Below are positions 12,316-25,395 of a stretch of 64,000 nucleotides of DNA, piece after piece. Origin of the DNA: Octopus bimaculoides (Eukaryota); the NCBI RefSeq assembly GCF_001194135.2, contig NC_068989.1:96619311-96683310 (forward strand), read 5' to 3'. Numbering within the stretch: the stretch's first letter is position 1; the number at the start of each line of letters is the position of its first letter. The translations under genes were made by a program, and so were the position numbers. Below the pieces are notes generated by a model. That model was not told the DNA's origin and ran no database searches. It was given only the letters and a program-made list of their open reading frames with translations.

Positions 12316-14569
12316 GTAAAAAAAAACAAAAGTTACCTTTCTTCTATTTTTTATCTTCTATATTTCCATTATGTTGATAAAATCTTTCAGTTTCAAACCT
12401 TTTACTATTAATCCCTCTTAAACCACCTCTGATTCTATGATTCAAATACCTTTTTTTTTTAAACTTTACATTTAGATTTAAATCTTCCATCATAATTCTG
12501 TTTAATAAGTGGTCTACTAATTAGTATGTTGGGCTTGTTACCATAAAGTTAGGGCCTCAAATCCTGGACCAGGAGATGTCCTTGAGCAAGGTACTTCATT
12601 TTGCATTGTTCCTATTGAGCTGGATGAAAAATAAGTGCTAACCTTGTGCTGGCACAATGTGGTGGTTTCTGTGCTTCAATGACCCTAAAAAACTATGCCC
12701 TCAGAATGCAAGATCCTGGATAGATCAAAAGAGAAAGGCCAAACTAATATGGCATTTGCATAGGGCCAACACCTCTACCTGATGACAATTCAAAACCAAC
12801 ACAAATTGAGAGAGAAAGGCCTTCTCTCTGAGAATAGTGAGGATGGATTGGCTACACCTTACAACCCAGAGCTGAGAACAATGGAGAAAAGTCATAACTG
12901 GCCTATTGTTCCATAGCAAGTAGAGTACTTGAGTGAGGAGTAAGTTGTGCTGGTGTAGTCCTTTCTCTCCTTAGCTTTCATAGCTGAGATTTTCAGGTGA
13001 GAGTCAGGTGTGTCTACTTGAAACTACCTTAGGTACCTAATTAAGGAAAACATCAATCCTATTTGCTTGCCAGTACAGGTAGTGTGGGTTACTAGGTTCT
13101 AAATATCAGACTCCTTCCAACTCTTGATTATTTTCACAATTAACTCACATGGACAGTGTCTTTATTTATAGATGTGAAACGAGTAAAACATTCAGATTCA
13201 AATTCTAAAAGTTTTAAAATTTAAACATTTAATCATAGTTTTAAAGAAGAATTTTTTTATTCAGTTATATTTCTAAACACCTGCTTAATAATGAATAAAA
13301 TTATTTATTTTAGTAAATCCTTCAAAATTCTTGATTATTTTGAAAATTAATTATTGATACACCTGGAAAGTGTTTCTCATTAGAAAAATCATAATAAAAA
13401 AGTTTAAACTTTGCAAATGACTTCAAGGCTTTAAAGATACATGAAGTGATTGATGAGGATGTGGATTCGTTTTTTTGTAATTTTCTTTCGAAAGAGATGA
13501 GGATGTTGTTTTACCTTTGTTTTATTTCACCTGCACATGATGATTTTAACATGAAATGAGCATTTATTTTAATATAATGAGAGGAGAAGGACAAGTACCC
13601 AGGACCTTTCACCTCTCTACAGGTGTTCCTGAGGAAAGGGAAGCAAAAAAGGGAAATCATAATACATTGGTTACTTCTATAAAAAGTATGAAAAATGTTG
13701 AGTTCCTCTTAAATCAGAGACTTGGTCTGAATACTGGCGCCAGTCCTGGGCGTCTTTAACAGAGCAGACTCTGCTTCAGGCCTCCACAAACAAGTTGTGT
13801 TAGTCATTACATCGCAGCTAGTCTTTCAGTTGAACTGAGGAAAAAAATGCTTTCATTGTTTGTGTTTTTTTAATCCTTGCTTCTATCTGTCAGCCACGTT
13901 ACAGTGAAGTAGCACTGGTTTTTGTGTTTCTTTTCTCTTCCCCTCTCCCTCAAAAGAAGACCAATAAAAAAAAAATTAACAAAACCAACCTGTTGCTGTG
14001 ATTGACATTTTGGTACCTGTTTACAGTTAAGTAAAACTGGACCACTTGGGAGTTAGGTGGTTCTAAAGGGTAGGAAACATTTTGGCACAGCTGTTTTGGC
14101 ACCACCTATTCCAATTGGCTCATTCCAAATTCTAACACATTCTATTCAGGAATGCTTTGGATTTTTTCAAAGATAATTCAAAGCTTTAGACTATCGAAAT
14201 ACAAGGCTTGAGCAGCTTGGAAACACGTTACTCAAATTTTGTTTCACACATTTACGAAATCTAAAATGAGATTATGACTCTTTGTTCATTTGTTTGTATG
14301 TTTTACATCTGTTTTTCCATGCTGGCATGGGTTACACAAATATCCAGACATTGTTTCACTACTGAATGTCCTTCCTGTCACTAACCCTTGCCTAGTTTTC
14401 AAGTATGGGATCTCTTTATAGATTTTCGATGACACAAAGGGATCAGATGATTTGATGACTGGAGAAATGGCAACAACACAGCTTGAAGCAGCTGACACAG
14501 AGTGAAAATCTAAACAAACATGCACACACACACACACACATGCACACACACACACAGACACACACACAT

Positions 14570-14606
<37 letters not shown>

Positions 14607-15254
14607 AGGATTCTTTCAGTATTGGGGTCGATGGTATTGACTTGCCCCTCCCCTCAAAATCGCTAACCATGTGCTTAAATTAGAAACCATGGTTGTTGTC
14701 ATTTTCAGAAGAACTCAAAAGTTTATCTCAGGAATTTCTTGTCTGCTGAGGGAATTTCATTAGGAGAAGGGTTTCGTTATTCACTTGCCTAGTGTTTTTT
14801 TAAGGCTGTGTCTGTATCAATATCCACACGTGTGTGTGTATGTAGGTATTTATATTTGCAAAGCCGTTTGTCTGTGCATATGTTAAACACTCACTGTATA
14901 TGTGTCTCAGAGCGTGCATATGTTTACGTGTGTATTTCTGTTCACAAGATTATTTTGTATACTTCTATGTTAATGGTTGTATATGTGTTTCTATGTCCAT
15001 CTGTCCTAGGGTGAGGTATTATAACAAAAAAACAAAAAACAAAATTGTCCCATTATTTATTCAGACCAGACCAGCCGAAAAGACTCTACTCTTTCATCTT
15101 AAGAATGTAAGAATAAAACAAACTATATCTTTGAGAGCGAATAATCATGTGTTAAGTTCAACTTCAAATATACATATATACATTTATATATATATATATA
15201 TATATATGCATATGTGTGTGTGTGTGTGTGCTTATACATATACAAACATGTATA

Positions 15255-15304
<50 letters not shown>

Positions 15305-16129
15305 TTACTTGCATAGAAACGTGTGTGTGTGTAATAAGAAAAGCTGAAGCTATAATCACATTAGAGAAAAAAGAGGGTTGTTCAATGTTGTTGATAAGAA
15401 ATGTGCATGTGACGTGGGTTGGTTTTGATTAAATGTTATAAAAACAAATTTCATTCATCAAATCTGTTTTTATGGCAGGATTAAATAATGATTATTCTCA
15501 AATGGCTGTATTTCCTGAACTGCTTACACTGAGTGAAACATCATAGATATATATATATATATATAAATGATAAAAATAGAAATAGTTACAGAAAAAAATA
15601 CTAACAATAATAGTAATAACATAGCAGTAGCAGCAAAAAGAAACAAAAGTTCGGTTAAACGAGAACTATAGTAAATGGAATTGGAAAAAGTCAACAGAAT
15701 AGGAGACCAAGAATCTAATAGTAAAATAATTTAGGTTAATCTATGTGCAATCAATAAAATGTAGAGAACAAAGAAGAAACTGACTGTACCTCCTGACCAG
15801 AGAAATTACATAATATATTACACTCTGGCAAATTACAGGCTATGTTTTTATATGATTGACGTTAATCTTAGAGTCTTGAAATAAAAATTGTGGATTTCAG
15901 GGAATCTAATTTCGTGGAGTGCACCCTCTGCGCTGCCTTCACTTTGGCATCATTTGTTTGTGTTTTAGAAAGCCCAACCCACACAGAAGTTTACAGATCT
16001 CCTTTGTTTCTCTGCCCCAAATAAGCAAGATGTTAATAAGCTAAGATTATATTCCATGGGTGTGACAAGTTCAAAGAAGCTATGTCTGATTACTTAGAAT
16101 GAAGAATTTATAGATAAGTCTGCTCAAAG

Positions 16130-16730
16130 AGTCACAGGCATAACCAAATATGGACAGGATGAGGAATGAAGAGGTGTAAAGACGAGCAGGAATGAAAGAA
16201 AAACTAACTCCCAGAATGGAGAGACGAAAGTTGAGGTGGTTTGGCCACATGGAGAGGATGGATGAAGAGTGGATGGTAAGGAGGGTGATGAAGGCAGAAG
16301 TGGTAGGCAGCAGAACCAGAGGCAGACCTCGGTCTGTGTGGATGAACGGATGGAGTGAGGGAAGCTTTGGTGGTCAGAGGTGTTGGAGTGAGGGAGGCTT
16401 TGGTGGTCAGAGGTGTTGGAGTGAGGGAGGCTTTGGTGGTCAGAGGTGTTGGAGTGAGGGAAGCTTTGGTGGTCAGAGGTGTTGGAGTGAGGGAGGCAAG
16501 AGAGTTTATAAAAGGTGAGAATGCTTGGAGAGTGTTTGTGGATGGATGAGTGAATTTGATGTTGCTCAAAGGGATACGGAACCAGAATGATGCTGCAGGG
16601 GTAAACCAGCATATGCTGTTGGGCCCCACTACTGATATTGGGGATTACGTTCTATGCCTTGACCTGAGCATAGGAAGGGTCTCGCTTCTTTGAGCTGGGA
16701 AATGAATGGAATGCCTGGTGTGTGTCTTGT
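16130..16730 (+). mobile_element. RTE-like LINE 3' fragment (second subfamily) with an internal 33-bp tandem array
   Basis: RRKLRWFGHMERMDEEWMVRRVMKAEVVGSRTRGRPRSVW is a typical RTE C-terminus. Confidence 0.8.
16351..16497 (+). repeat. 33-bp minisatellite, about 4.5 copies
   Basis: Unit tggagtgagggaRgctttggtggtcagaggtgt at 16351, 16384, 16417 and 16450, with a partial copy at 16483. Confidence 0.95.
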
Positions 16731-17107
16731 TGTGGCCACCCCCTCCCAAAAAGAAAATGAGGAATAAGCCTGGGTATATATATATATTGATGTAAAGACC
16801 AACCAGAATGTAAGCTGGCTTAAGGGATAAATATATTAATTTAGGGATTCACAAAGTGGGTTCTAAGGAATCCCATGACTCTATGAAAAATTACAAGGGT
16901 TTCATGAGGTGTTGTTTAAAAATATATCTTTACTGTTTACTTGTTTCAGTCAGTGTACTGTGATCATGCTGGGGTACTTCCTTGGATGGGTTTTGTTCCA
17001 CAGTCCAATTCCTGAACTTGGTGATATGTTGTGATCTTGAGCAAGGCACTTCCTTTCATGATGCTCCAGTCTGCTCAGCTATAATGAGTACCAACCAAGG
17101 GTTGGTG

Positions 17108-17149
<42 letters not shown>

Positions 17150-17724
17150 TCTCTCTCTCTCTCTTTTCCATCTAGCTGTCACCTCTTAAATGTTCCATTT
17201 AGTCATGGATGGCAGAGTCAAAGAGGCTGTCTATGTCTACTTGGGACTAAACAGGTGTCTAAAACAGTTAGTATGTTACCAATTCCTATTTTCCCACAAG
17301 AGAGTGTTCACTGTACTGGTTCTACTAATCTATTTATCATATTCAAAATTAGTTAGGCACAAGCATGGTTGTGTAGTTAAAAAATATTTGCTTTCCAGCC
17401 ATATGATTTTGGGTTCAGTTTCACTGTGTGAACCCTTTGGCCAGTGTTCTTCTACTCCAGCAGCAGGTTGACCAAGATCTTGTGATTGGATTTGCTCAAC
17501 AGAAACTGACAGAAGCTTGTCATATACATAAGTGTGTGTGTATGTCTGTCTCCTTGTCTTTACATCATACTATGGTTATAGCTGGATGTCCCTGTCTGGC
17601 CATGAGGAAATATTACCTTCCTTGTAAGTTGTGGGGCTTGGTGCCAGGAAGGGCATCCAACTGTTGAAAATCTGCTCCAACAAATTCTGTTTGACCCATA
17701 AAAACATTGAACAGTGGACGTTGA

Positions 17725-17890
17725 AGTCAACAATTCAGGTTTCAATTCCAGTTTCTTTCAGTCTTTTAGGTAGCATTATGAATGTTGTGTCAAGTGCACC
17801 GATTACTACAGGAATAATTATTGTCTTCATCTCCCACATTCTCCTCAGCCTTCTGGCTAGATTCTGATATTTCTCAAATTTAAAAATTTC
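17725..17890 (-). mobile_element. R4/Dong-like LINE restriction-like endonuclease fragment
   Basis: Closely parallels 19860-19990. The minus strand reads ..EKYQNLARRLRRMWEMKTIIIPVVIGAL.. Confidence 0.7.
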
Positions 17891-18139
17891 TTTGGTACTG
17901 ACTTCCTGACACCTAGGGCAAAGAAATTCATTGTATACATTGGTAGGTCATTAAAACAAACACACCATATTGTTCATTTACAAAGAAAAGTTATGTGATA
18001 GAAAAAAAAAGAAAGAAAGAATAAAGGAAAAAAGATAAATTTAAAGCAACAATGTTCACAGCTACAACATTCATCTCAATATGTGTGATGTTAGAACAAT
18101 GTTTTGCACTTCTAGCATGGATGGCAAGCCAGGGATCTT

Positions 18140-18420
18140 TCTCAAATATTATTATCATTGAATGAGAGAGCAGGGCCTGCCATCAAAGTGACACGGGGGT
18201 AACAAAAATGTGAAGCCCAGTATACCCATCATGACTCCCTGTCTGATAAGGGCACACCAGGCACATGCATCACTGCCATATGTGCGCGATATGGTGATCT
18301 CATATCAAGATAAACCGTGCATGACCTTGCAGGTGGGGCCCAGTTAGAATTTTCTTCAGGTTGAGTAGACCATCCTGCTCAAAAGGTCTCTGAATAAGGT
18401 TTGTTTAAGGATGATGAAAA
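18140..18420 (-). mobile_element. Unclassified retroposon 3' end with (TAA)n tail
   Basis: Reverse-complement homologue of 25130-25395 (gccatcaaagtgacac..ctgataaggg..gaccttgcaggtggggcccagttagaattttcttcag). Confidence 0.65.
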
Positions 18421-18429
18421 CAACTTCAG

Positions 18430-19262
18430 TTGTGGCTACATGGAATTGATTGTATAGTCCTTTCTTGCATAATTCTTCTTCATGTCCTTTTTTGTACTTT
18501 ATCCTTTGTTTTCCCTTTTTTTCTCTGCTCTCAATACTCTTTCATTCCTAACTAACATTAGCAAGGTTTCCTTACTTGGGGCTAGATATCATCTCATTAA
18601 GCTCTCAAGTTCGATACGCATGCAGCCTTCCACACTTGTCAGTTCCCTTCCTCCATTTGCTCTCTTCATGTATAGGCAATCAGTGTCTGCACATGGATGA
18701 TGGACTCCATGCATCATTAAGAGCTTTCTTGACTTCCTATCCATCTTCTTTTACTCTTCTTCTGTCCACTTCAGGATTCCAGCATCATGCAAACTACTGT
18801 GACTGCATGCGAGTTTATTGCCAAAATTATGTTTCTGGCATTCAGCTTTGAAGCCAATATTTTTCTCACTTGCCTCAAGAACTCTCTTTTTGTCTTTTCT
18901 TTCATGTCGTGGTGTTTGATTCCATCTGCCTCAAATATTCCCAGGATTGTGGTTGAATTGCCATCATCATTTCACCACTTGGCCACCAGATGCCTTCTGT
19001 CCTGGCAAGCTTTCCTCATCCCATCACCATCATAGCACATTTTGAGAGTCCAAACTCCATCCTAATATCATTGGAGAAAATCCGCAGTTTGGACAAGGCT
19101 GTCCAGTTCTGCCTCAGTTTTTGGGAACAACTCCAAATCGTCCATGAATAGTATGTGGTTCAGTTTTCCCTTAACTCTTCCCAGATCAAACCCCAACTTT
19201 GTTTTCTGTAGTATTTCACTCAGTGGGGACACACTGCCCTCCTGGAAGATTCCTCTCTTGAT
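18430..19262 (-). mobile_element. R4/Dong-like non-LTR retrotransposon RT fragment
   Basis: IKRGIFQ..LSEILQKTKLGFDLGRVKGKLNHILFMDDLELF..ELDSLVQT, followed by degenerate VRKILASKL..AINSHAV and GGRELTSVE, typical of REL-clade RTs. Confidence 0.8.
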
Positions 19263-19264
19263 TA

Positions 19265-19670
19265 TACATCCAGCGAAGGATACCAGCTTCATTTCTTTCA
19301 AGCCTACACATGTCCTCAGCAGTCGCAGCCCATGTCTCACTGCCACATACCATGACTGCTCATACACATGCGTCATACAGTCTGCCTTTCACTCTGAATG
19401 AGAGACCCTTTGTTACCAACAGAGGTAGGAGCTCTCTGAACTTTGCCCAGGATATTCTTATTCTAGCAGCTACACTCTCAGAGCATCCACCCCCACTACT
19501 CACTTGGTCACCTAGGTAACGGAAGCTATCAACTACTTCTAGTTTTTTTCCCCTGGCATGTAATGGAATCTGTTTTCTGTGCATCTTTGGTGTTTATTGA
19601 CCCTGTCCGTCTGCCATGCACAAAAACTATCTTCCCAGTTAACCTTCCTGTACATATACATCATAATGCT
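19265..19670 (-). mobile_element. RTE-LINE RT fragment
   Basis: KLEVVDSFRYLGDQVSSGGGCSESVAARIRISWAKFRELLPLLVTKGLSFRVKGRLYDACV. Confidence 0.85.
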
Positions 19671-19699
19671 TCCAATCAGTTAAGATCTGAAGTCAATTA

Positions 19700-20180
19700 T
19701 AATGATTATTATTATTATTATTATTATTAAACTAGTACATTCTTGCAGGTGTTTTATCTTGAGGTTTGGTAATAACAAGTCTCCTCAAATCTTCAGAATC
19801 TTTCTAAGGATTCTTGCAGAACATAGGACAGTACTTTTCTGCAGGTTGACAATGTGAGTTTCAATTCCAGTCTCAATCTTTTAGGTAGAACTTTGGATGT
19901 TTTGCCAAGTGCACCAATTACTACAAGAATAATTGTTGTCTAAGTCTTCCAAGTTTCTTAAGCTCGCTAGCTAGATCCTGATATTTCTCAATTTTTTTCT
20001 ATTTCTTTGGTATTTACTCTGCTATCAAAGCGAATTCCAAAACCTATGATCTTACCCTGTTTGCTATTTTTGTCCTCTATAATCACATCTGTCCTTTTTG
20101 CATCAATAGTTTGGTCAGTCTTTATGGGGGAAGTCCCACAAGATCTGGTCGTTCTCATTTTCCATCACAACCTCTGGTTT
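19700..20180 (-). mobile_element. R4/Dong-like LINE 3' end (REL endonuclease plus (TAA)n tail)
   Basis: PIKTDQTIDAKRTDVIIEDK..KEIEKIEKYQDLASELKK..VVIGALG, ending in the att repeat at about 19700-19730. Confidence 0.8.
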
Positions 20181-20622
20181 ATATGTCCATACCACTTTCC
20201 TGTTGTTTTGGAAACCACTCAACTAACATTCAATTCCCAGACCAAGTGGTGCATTGTGTTCTTGAGCAAAACACTTCACCTCACATTGTTGTGCAATCAC
20301 TTCAACACCTGACCTATGGTACACCTTGGTGCACCTGTTCAGACAACATCGATTCGATGGAAAGAGATAATGTGTGGCAGGAACATTTGAACGAATCATT
20401 TGCATAGGTCGTATGACAAAAGCTGAACAGTCATACATCGTCTTCGACGGCAAAGTCCGTCATTATTACAGCAGTCATATTGATGATGTGGGCTTCCACT
20501 GCCCGACTAAGGAGGGCTGTTTCATCTGTTTTAGGGGTGGGAGGTGTTTCAATTTGAGTGGTTTTGTGTATTGTATTGATTGTATTTCTCTCTAATCATA
20601 TTACATGCAGTGATTATTTCAG

Positions 20623-20669
<47 letters not shown>

Positions 20670-21874
20670 ATGTATGTGCAAACACACACACACACACAAG
20701 GGTATCAGTCCTGACACTTTGTCTATATATATTTGCCTGATTATTGTTTTCTTTTGTTTTTTTGTGATTCCTTAAGCATCTGTTATTAAGGAGACAGTAA
20801 TGTTTACAAACCCAATATACTGTATATCATTATTCTCAACTTCTTTTACAAGAGACAGTACACACCCCACACACCACCACCATTTTGTTTCTTTCTTTTT
20901 CCTAGAAATACCTTGTCAACCATTGGAACTGTTGCCTCATTAAGGAGATGTATTTTCTTTCCCCAGAAGGACTTAGGCAATAACATCTGGATGATTTAAT
21001 CTCTTTGTCTCTACGAATTGGCACTTTCTCATTCTCTGAGACGTTGTTTTATTGTGAAATTTTGCTTTCTTTTTCTGCTTATATCCCTTAATAAAATGCT
21101 TTTGAATAGCAGGAACTTCTTGTACTATGCAATATCAACAGAAATCGGGATATTTTTGCATATATTTATAAATATTTTCTAGTTACATAAGAACCCATTT
21201 CTTTATACTTTTGGTATAGCTTTTCTTTGTCGGCATTTGTGTGGTGTATTCTATAAATGTGGTTATTATTTCCATTCTTTTCCTGTCTAGTCTTGCTAAT
21301 TCACTTAGCTTCCAGCCAGAACAGTTAGACCACTGATACCTATTATCTTATTTTTGGCATTTTTCTCAGTTTTAACTATTAATCTAATGCATCAAAAATA
21401 TTCTTTCCTAACCTCTCCTTTTCGTGTGTGTGTGTGTGTGTGTGCGTGCGTGCATGCATGCTGTATTCTGTCTACTTCATTAATTCCTAAGTATTTCCAA
21501 GCCTGTCTTTGGTCTAATTCTCTTTGTTTTTTTTTTGTTTTTTTTCCTGCTAACATGATAATACTAGTTTTTATTAATAATTCTTTGCTTCAATGTTGTC
21601 TTAGTGTCTTTTCCCGAATTCAATTTTGATGCCAATTTCCTCCACTGAATCCTTGCGTCAAGTGTTTCCAGTCATTTGTCAACCATACCACAGTTTGAAG
21701 TTTTCTATATTGTTTACACAGACAGACAGACAGATGCATATTTAGGAGATAGTTGATCGTAATCCCATAGCACTTGCACTCTTTTCTAATCTACTTTCAT
21801 ATACTGGTTAAAGATGTTAACATCAAACACAAAAGAAGAAACACACACACACACACACACTCATAAATATCTAA

Positions 21875-22231
21875 GCACAGGCATGGCTATATAGTAAGAA
21901 GCTTTGCTTCCCAACCACATGACTCCCAGGTTCAGTCTTATTTTGTGGCTCCTTGGGCAAGTGGATCTGGTAGACAGGAACTGAAAGAAGCCCATTATAT
22001 CTATGTCTATGTATGTATATATCTATGTGTCTCTGTGTCTGTGTTTGTTCCCTGCCACCACTTGACAACCAGTGTTGGTGTGTTTACACTCCCTATAACT
22101 TAGAGGTTTCGTGCAAAGGAGACCAATAGAATAAGTACCAGACTTTAAAAAAATTGTTCGACTAAAACTCTTCAAGGCGTTGCCCCAGCATAGCTGCAGT
22201 CGAATGACTAAAACAAGTAAAAGATAAAAAG
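21875..22231 (+). mobile_element. Near full-length tRNA-like SINE, family A
   Basis: Head gcacaggcatggct..cttcccaaccacatg, central microsatellite, tail ..ccagcatagctgcagtcgaatgactaaaacaagtaaaagat. Confidence 0.8.
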
Positions 22232-22271
22232 GTATATATATATATATGTGTATATATATGTATATATATAG

Positions 22272-22845
22272 GAATTGAAACCCATTTCTGGTGCAGTTTT
22301 TTGCCTTCAGAGTGTTGAGTGAAGCATGAGCAGTGCTCAAGACTCTTGTTTCCAAAATGGACCAAACAGAAAAATCCTATGAGTTGAGATCAGGGCTTCT
22401 TGCAGGCCATACCTCCTTGCCTATGAACAAAAGAATGTTCTTCTGAATCCAGTGTTGTGTCTGTTTGGTGCTGTGGGATGGTGTTGAGTCCTGTTGGAAG
22501 CTCCAAGGTGCACCTTAAAAGTGCTCATTCACCCATGGAAGCAGTTCAGCTTCCATAATGTCACTAATGTATCGCTGGGTGTTAATTTTAATGCCTGAAG
22601 GCACAAAAATGAGGGGAGATCTTCCAGCAGCTGTCACAGCTACCCAAACCATAACTGATGTGGATTTTGACATGGATTTATGAGTCTACCTTTGACAGAG
22701 CCAGATACACTCCAAAGTTGGTCATTCTGGGGTTTTACTGTCTGATCGATGTCAAATTTCCTTTCGTCAGTGAACACCCAGGTTGAGTAGTGTGCTTTCA
22801 GCAATCTGACGCAGGATAAGACGACTTTTCCCCTGTCTCACGGCC
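22272..22845 (-). mobile_element. Decayed maT-type (DD37D) Tc1/mariner transposase fragment
   Basis: VFTDE..SVMVWVAVTAAGRSPLIFVPSGIKINTQRY..WSFQQD-[37 codons]-D (SPDLNS*DFSVWSILE). I counted the 37-codon spacing directly. Confidence 0.9.
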
Positions 22846-23874
22846 TTATAAACTTTACCCCCTCATAAGCAGAACAATAACAACAACAATAAGAATGCAA
22901 AAACCAAAAGCAAAGATTCTTTCGACTGGTTTCCGTTTTCATTTTAATGCCTGAACCTAGATGCAAATATGACTGCACAAGGAAGCAAATGATAACAGAA
23001 GGATAATCTATCGACTGCAGGAAATATTTCATAGGAATAACACCAGAAATGTTCCACCATAGCAGCTAATGAAGATGACATTATGTACGTGTGTGTGCAT
23101 GTGTGTTGCATATACTTGCATATATGCCATATTCACTCCCACACCCCCACACACCTAAAGGCACATATGACTGAGTGTGCGTGTATAGGTATATATATAT
23201 GTATGTATATGTATATATATCTATGCACACACACACACACACACACACACACGCATTATACACACATGTATTTACCTCTCTCTCCCTATATAAGTGTGTG
23301 TGTGTTTATTTATACTCACGCATTCACACATATATGTATGTGTATGAGAGAGAGAGGGAGAGAGAGAGATGAGGAAGCCAATGAAAGAGATTATATTAAT
23401 GTGTTTATATTTGTGTGTGTAGGAAATCTACATTCATTCTATGTCCATCATAATCACTCACATTAATCAGATACAACACATGTTAGACTTACAATCATAA
23501 TTAGTCTTGCTTTGACACTAACTAGATGCTAGTTTATTAATTCTTCATATTTATTAGCATCCATGGCCAACTTCCAACCGATTATTTAAGAGACAAATAT
23601 TCAGTGTACATTTACCTGAAGTTTTCTCTTCATTTGCAACTGCTCTCATGGTTGTCTGCATTATTCTTTATCGTCCTTCAGTTCTAACCGTTTCTGTACT
23701 TGCATATGGAGTTAATCATACAGTATGATACCGTAATTCCTCAGGCATTTCATTGAATCTTATTCACAAAAGACTGTTACAACTTAGCATCCATTTATAT
23801 ATACATACACAATATATATATATATATAAGCAATGTTAAATCTCTGAACGAGGTATAAACAGTAACTGCACGAC

Positions 23875-24119
23875 AACATGAAGTATATTTGCCACTTAAA
23901 TGTGGATAGACCCTAAGGGTGAATGCTACTGTTGCTTTTAGCCCCAGGAGAACATCTCCTCCAGCTGGCTATTGACATTCTTTCTGTGCCCTGTCGGTAT
24001 TTGCAAAAGGACAAAGGGTAAATACCCAGTTGTAGAAGGTGTTCTCCTGGGGCTAAAAGCAACAGTAGCATTCACCCTTAGTGGTTAGCCACATTTAAGT
24101 GGCAAATATACTTCATGTT
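23875..24119. repeat. Foldback element/MITE: about 80-bp inverted arms with an 85-bp spacer
   Basis: 23875-23954 (aacatgaagtatatttgccacttaaatgtgg..taagggtgaatgctactgttgcttttagccccaggagaaca) is the near-exact reverse complement of 24040-24119, apart from one 8-bp mismatched patch. Confidence 0.9.
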
Positions 24120-24399
24120 TTATATNNNNNNNNNNNNNNNNNNNNNNNNNNNNNNNNNNNNNNNNNNNNNNNNNNNNNNNNNNNNNNNNNNNNNNNNNNN
24201 NNNNNNNNNNNNNNNNNNNNNNNNNNNNNNNNNNNNNNNNNNNNNNNNNNNNNNNNNNNNNNNNNNNNNATATATATATATATATAAAAAGTAAGATGAG
24301 GATTCAGATAGAATCAGGTACTTGGAAAGGTATGCACCAGGTAGGGTTAGGGTAATCTCTTTTGTTTCTGGCTTCTGCTTGGTGAGAGTCGAAATATCA

Positions 24400-24860
24400 G
24401 ATAGGATATTCTGACATTGTTGGAATCTACCTTTTGCATTGCCTGGCTAATGAGTTCCTGGATCTTCATGCTGGTCTATATAGGGACGATGCTCTCTTTG
24501 TCATACCCACTAATAGCAAATGTCTGCTTGAAAGAACTTGCCAAAAATTTAGGAAATTCTTGTGTAACTTTAACCTTGACTTAACTTTTAAAATAGGGAC
24601 CAAATCTGTTAACATCTGAGACGTTTCATTAAACATAAAATCAGGATTATACAATCCCTACAGAAAACCAGATGAAACCACAAGATATGTTAGCAAATTC
24701 TCAAATCACCCCCTCCCACCATTATTAAATCTTTAGCTATAGGGGTTTCATGTAGAATTACACAATTTTCAGCAAATGAAGATATTTTAAATTTGCATTC
24801 TCACTTCTACAGTTTGGCGCTTTCCATCACAGGAGATGAACAGGAAATAATACATGAAAA
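24400..24860 (+). mobile_element. Decayed Penelope-like element RT fragment
   Basis: DIVGIYLL..GLYRDDAL..KSVNI*DVSLNIKSGLYNPYRKPDETTRYVSKFSNHP matches PLE RT motifs (YRDD, FLDV, PYRKP, SNHP). Confidence 0.8.
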
Positions 24861-25129
24861 CTATAAGACAGTGGCTCTCATGGCTTCTGATCTTAACTGG
24901 TTGTAAGTGTTACCATGGACATTGTTTTCTCTTGACAACAAATATTCTGCTCAATAACACAGATTTGCTTGTCAGATGTTTGACCATAACTAGTTGAGCA
25001 TGTCCTTTGGTGGCTGATGATATGTGTATCTCTGATCATGAGCTGAAGTAGTGGGGGAGCATCATAGACATGTGTCGAGAGGAATTTTGGGGGTTTGAAT
25101 GATTCACCTCTGGAAGCATGGGTGTTTCG

Positions 25130-25395
25130 TTCAACATCCTTAAACAACCTCTATTCAAGGACCATTTGAGTGTGATGGGCTACATGCTCTGAAGAAAATT
25201 CTAACTGGGCCTCACCTGCAAGGTCATGCATTGTTTATCTTTATATAAGATCATTACGTCGGGCACATATGGTTGTGATGCAAGGGCCTGATGTACCCTT
25301 ATCAGACAGGTAGTCATGATGAGTATATTGGGTTTCGTATATTTTACCCCAGTGTCACTTTGATGGCATGCTCTGCTCTCTCACTCAATAATAAT
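25130..25395 (+). mobile_element. Unclassified retroposon 3' end with (TAA)n tail
   Basis: Homologous to 18140-18420 in the opposite orientation. Ends ..ctctcactcaataataataat. Confidence 0.65.

Noticed and set aside
12034-12411. 125-aa ORF suggesting a membrane-anchored methyltransferase
   Set aside because: Only 12246-12315 is exon. The hydrophobic flanks are intronic T-rich sequence.
16351-16497. Regular repeat array considered as CRISPR
   Set aside because: Contiguous tandem units without unique spacers, eukaryotic context, no cas genes.
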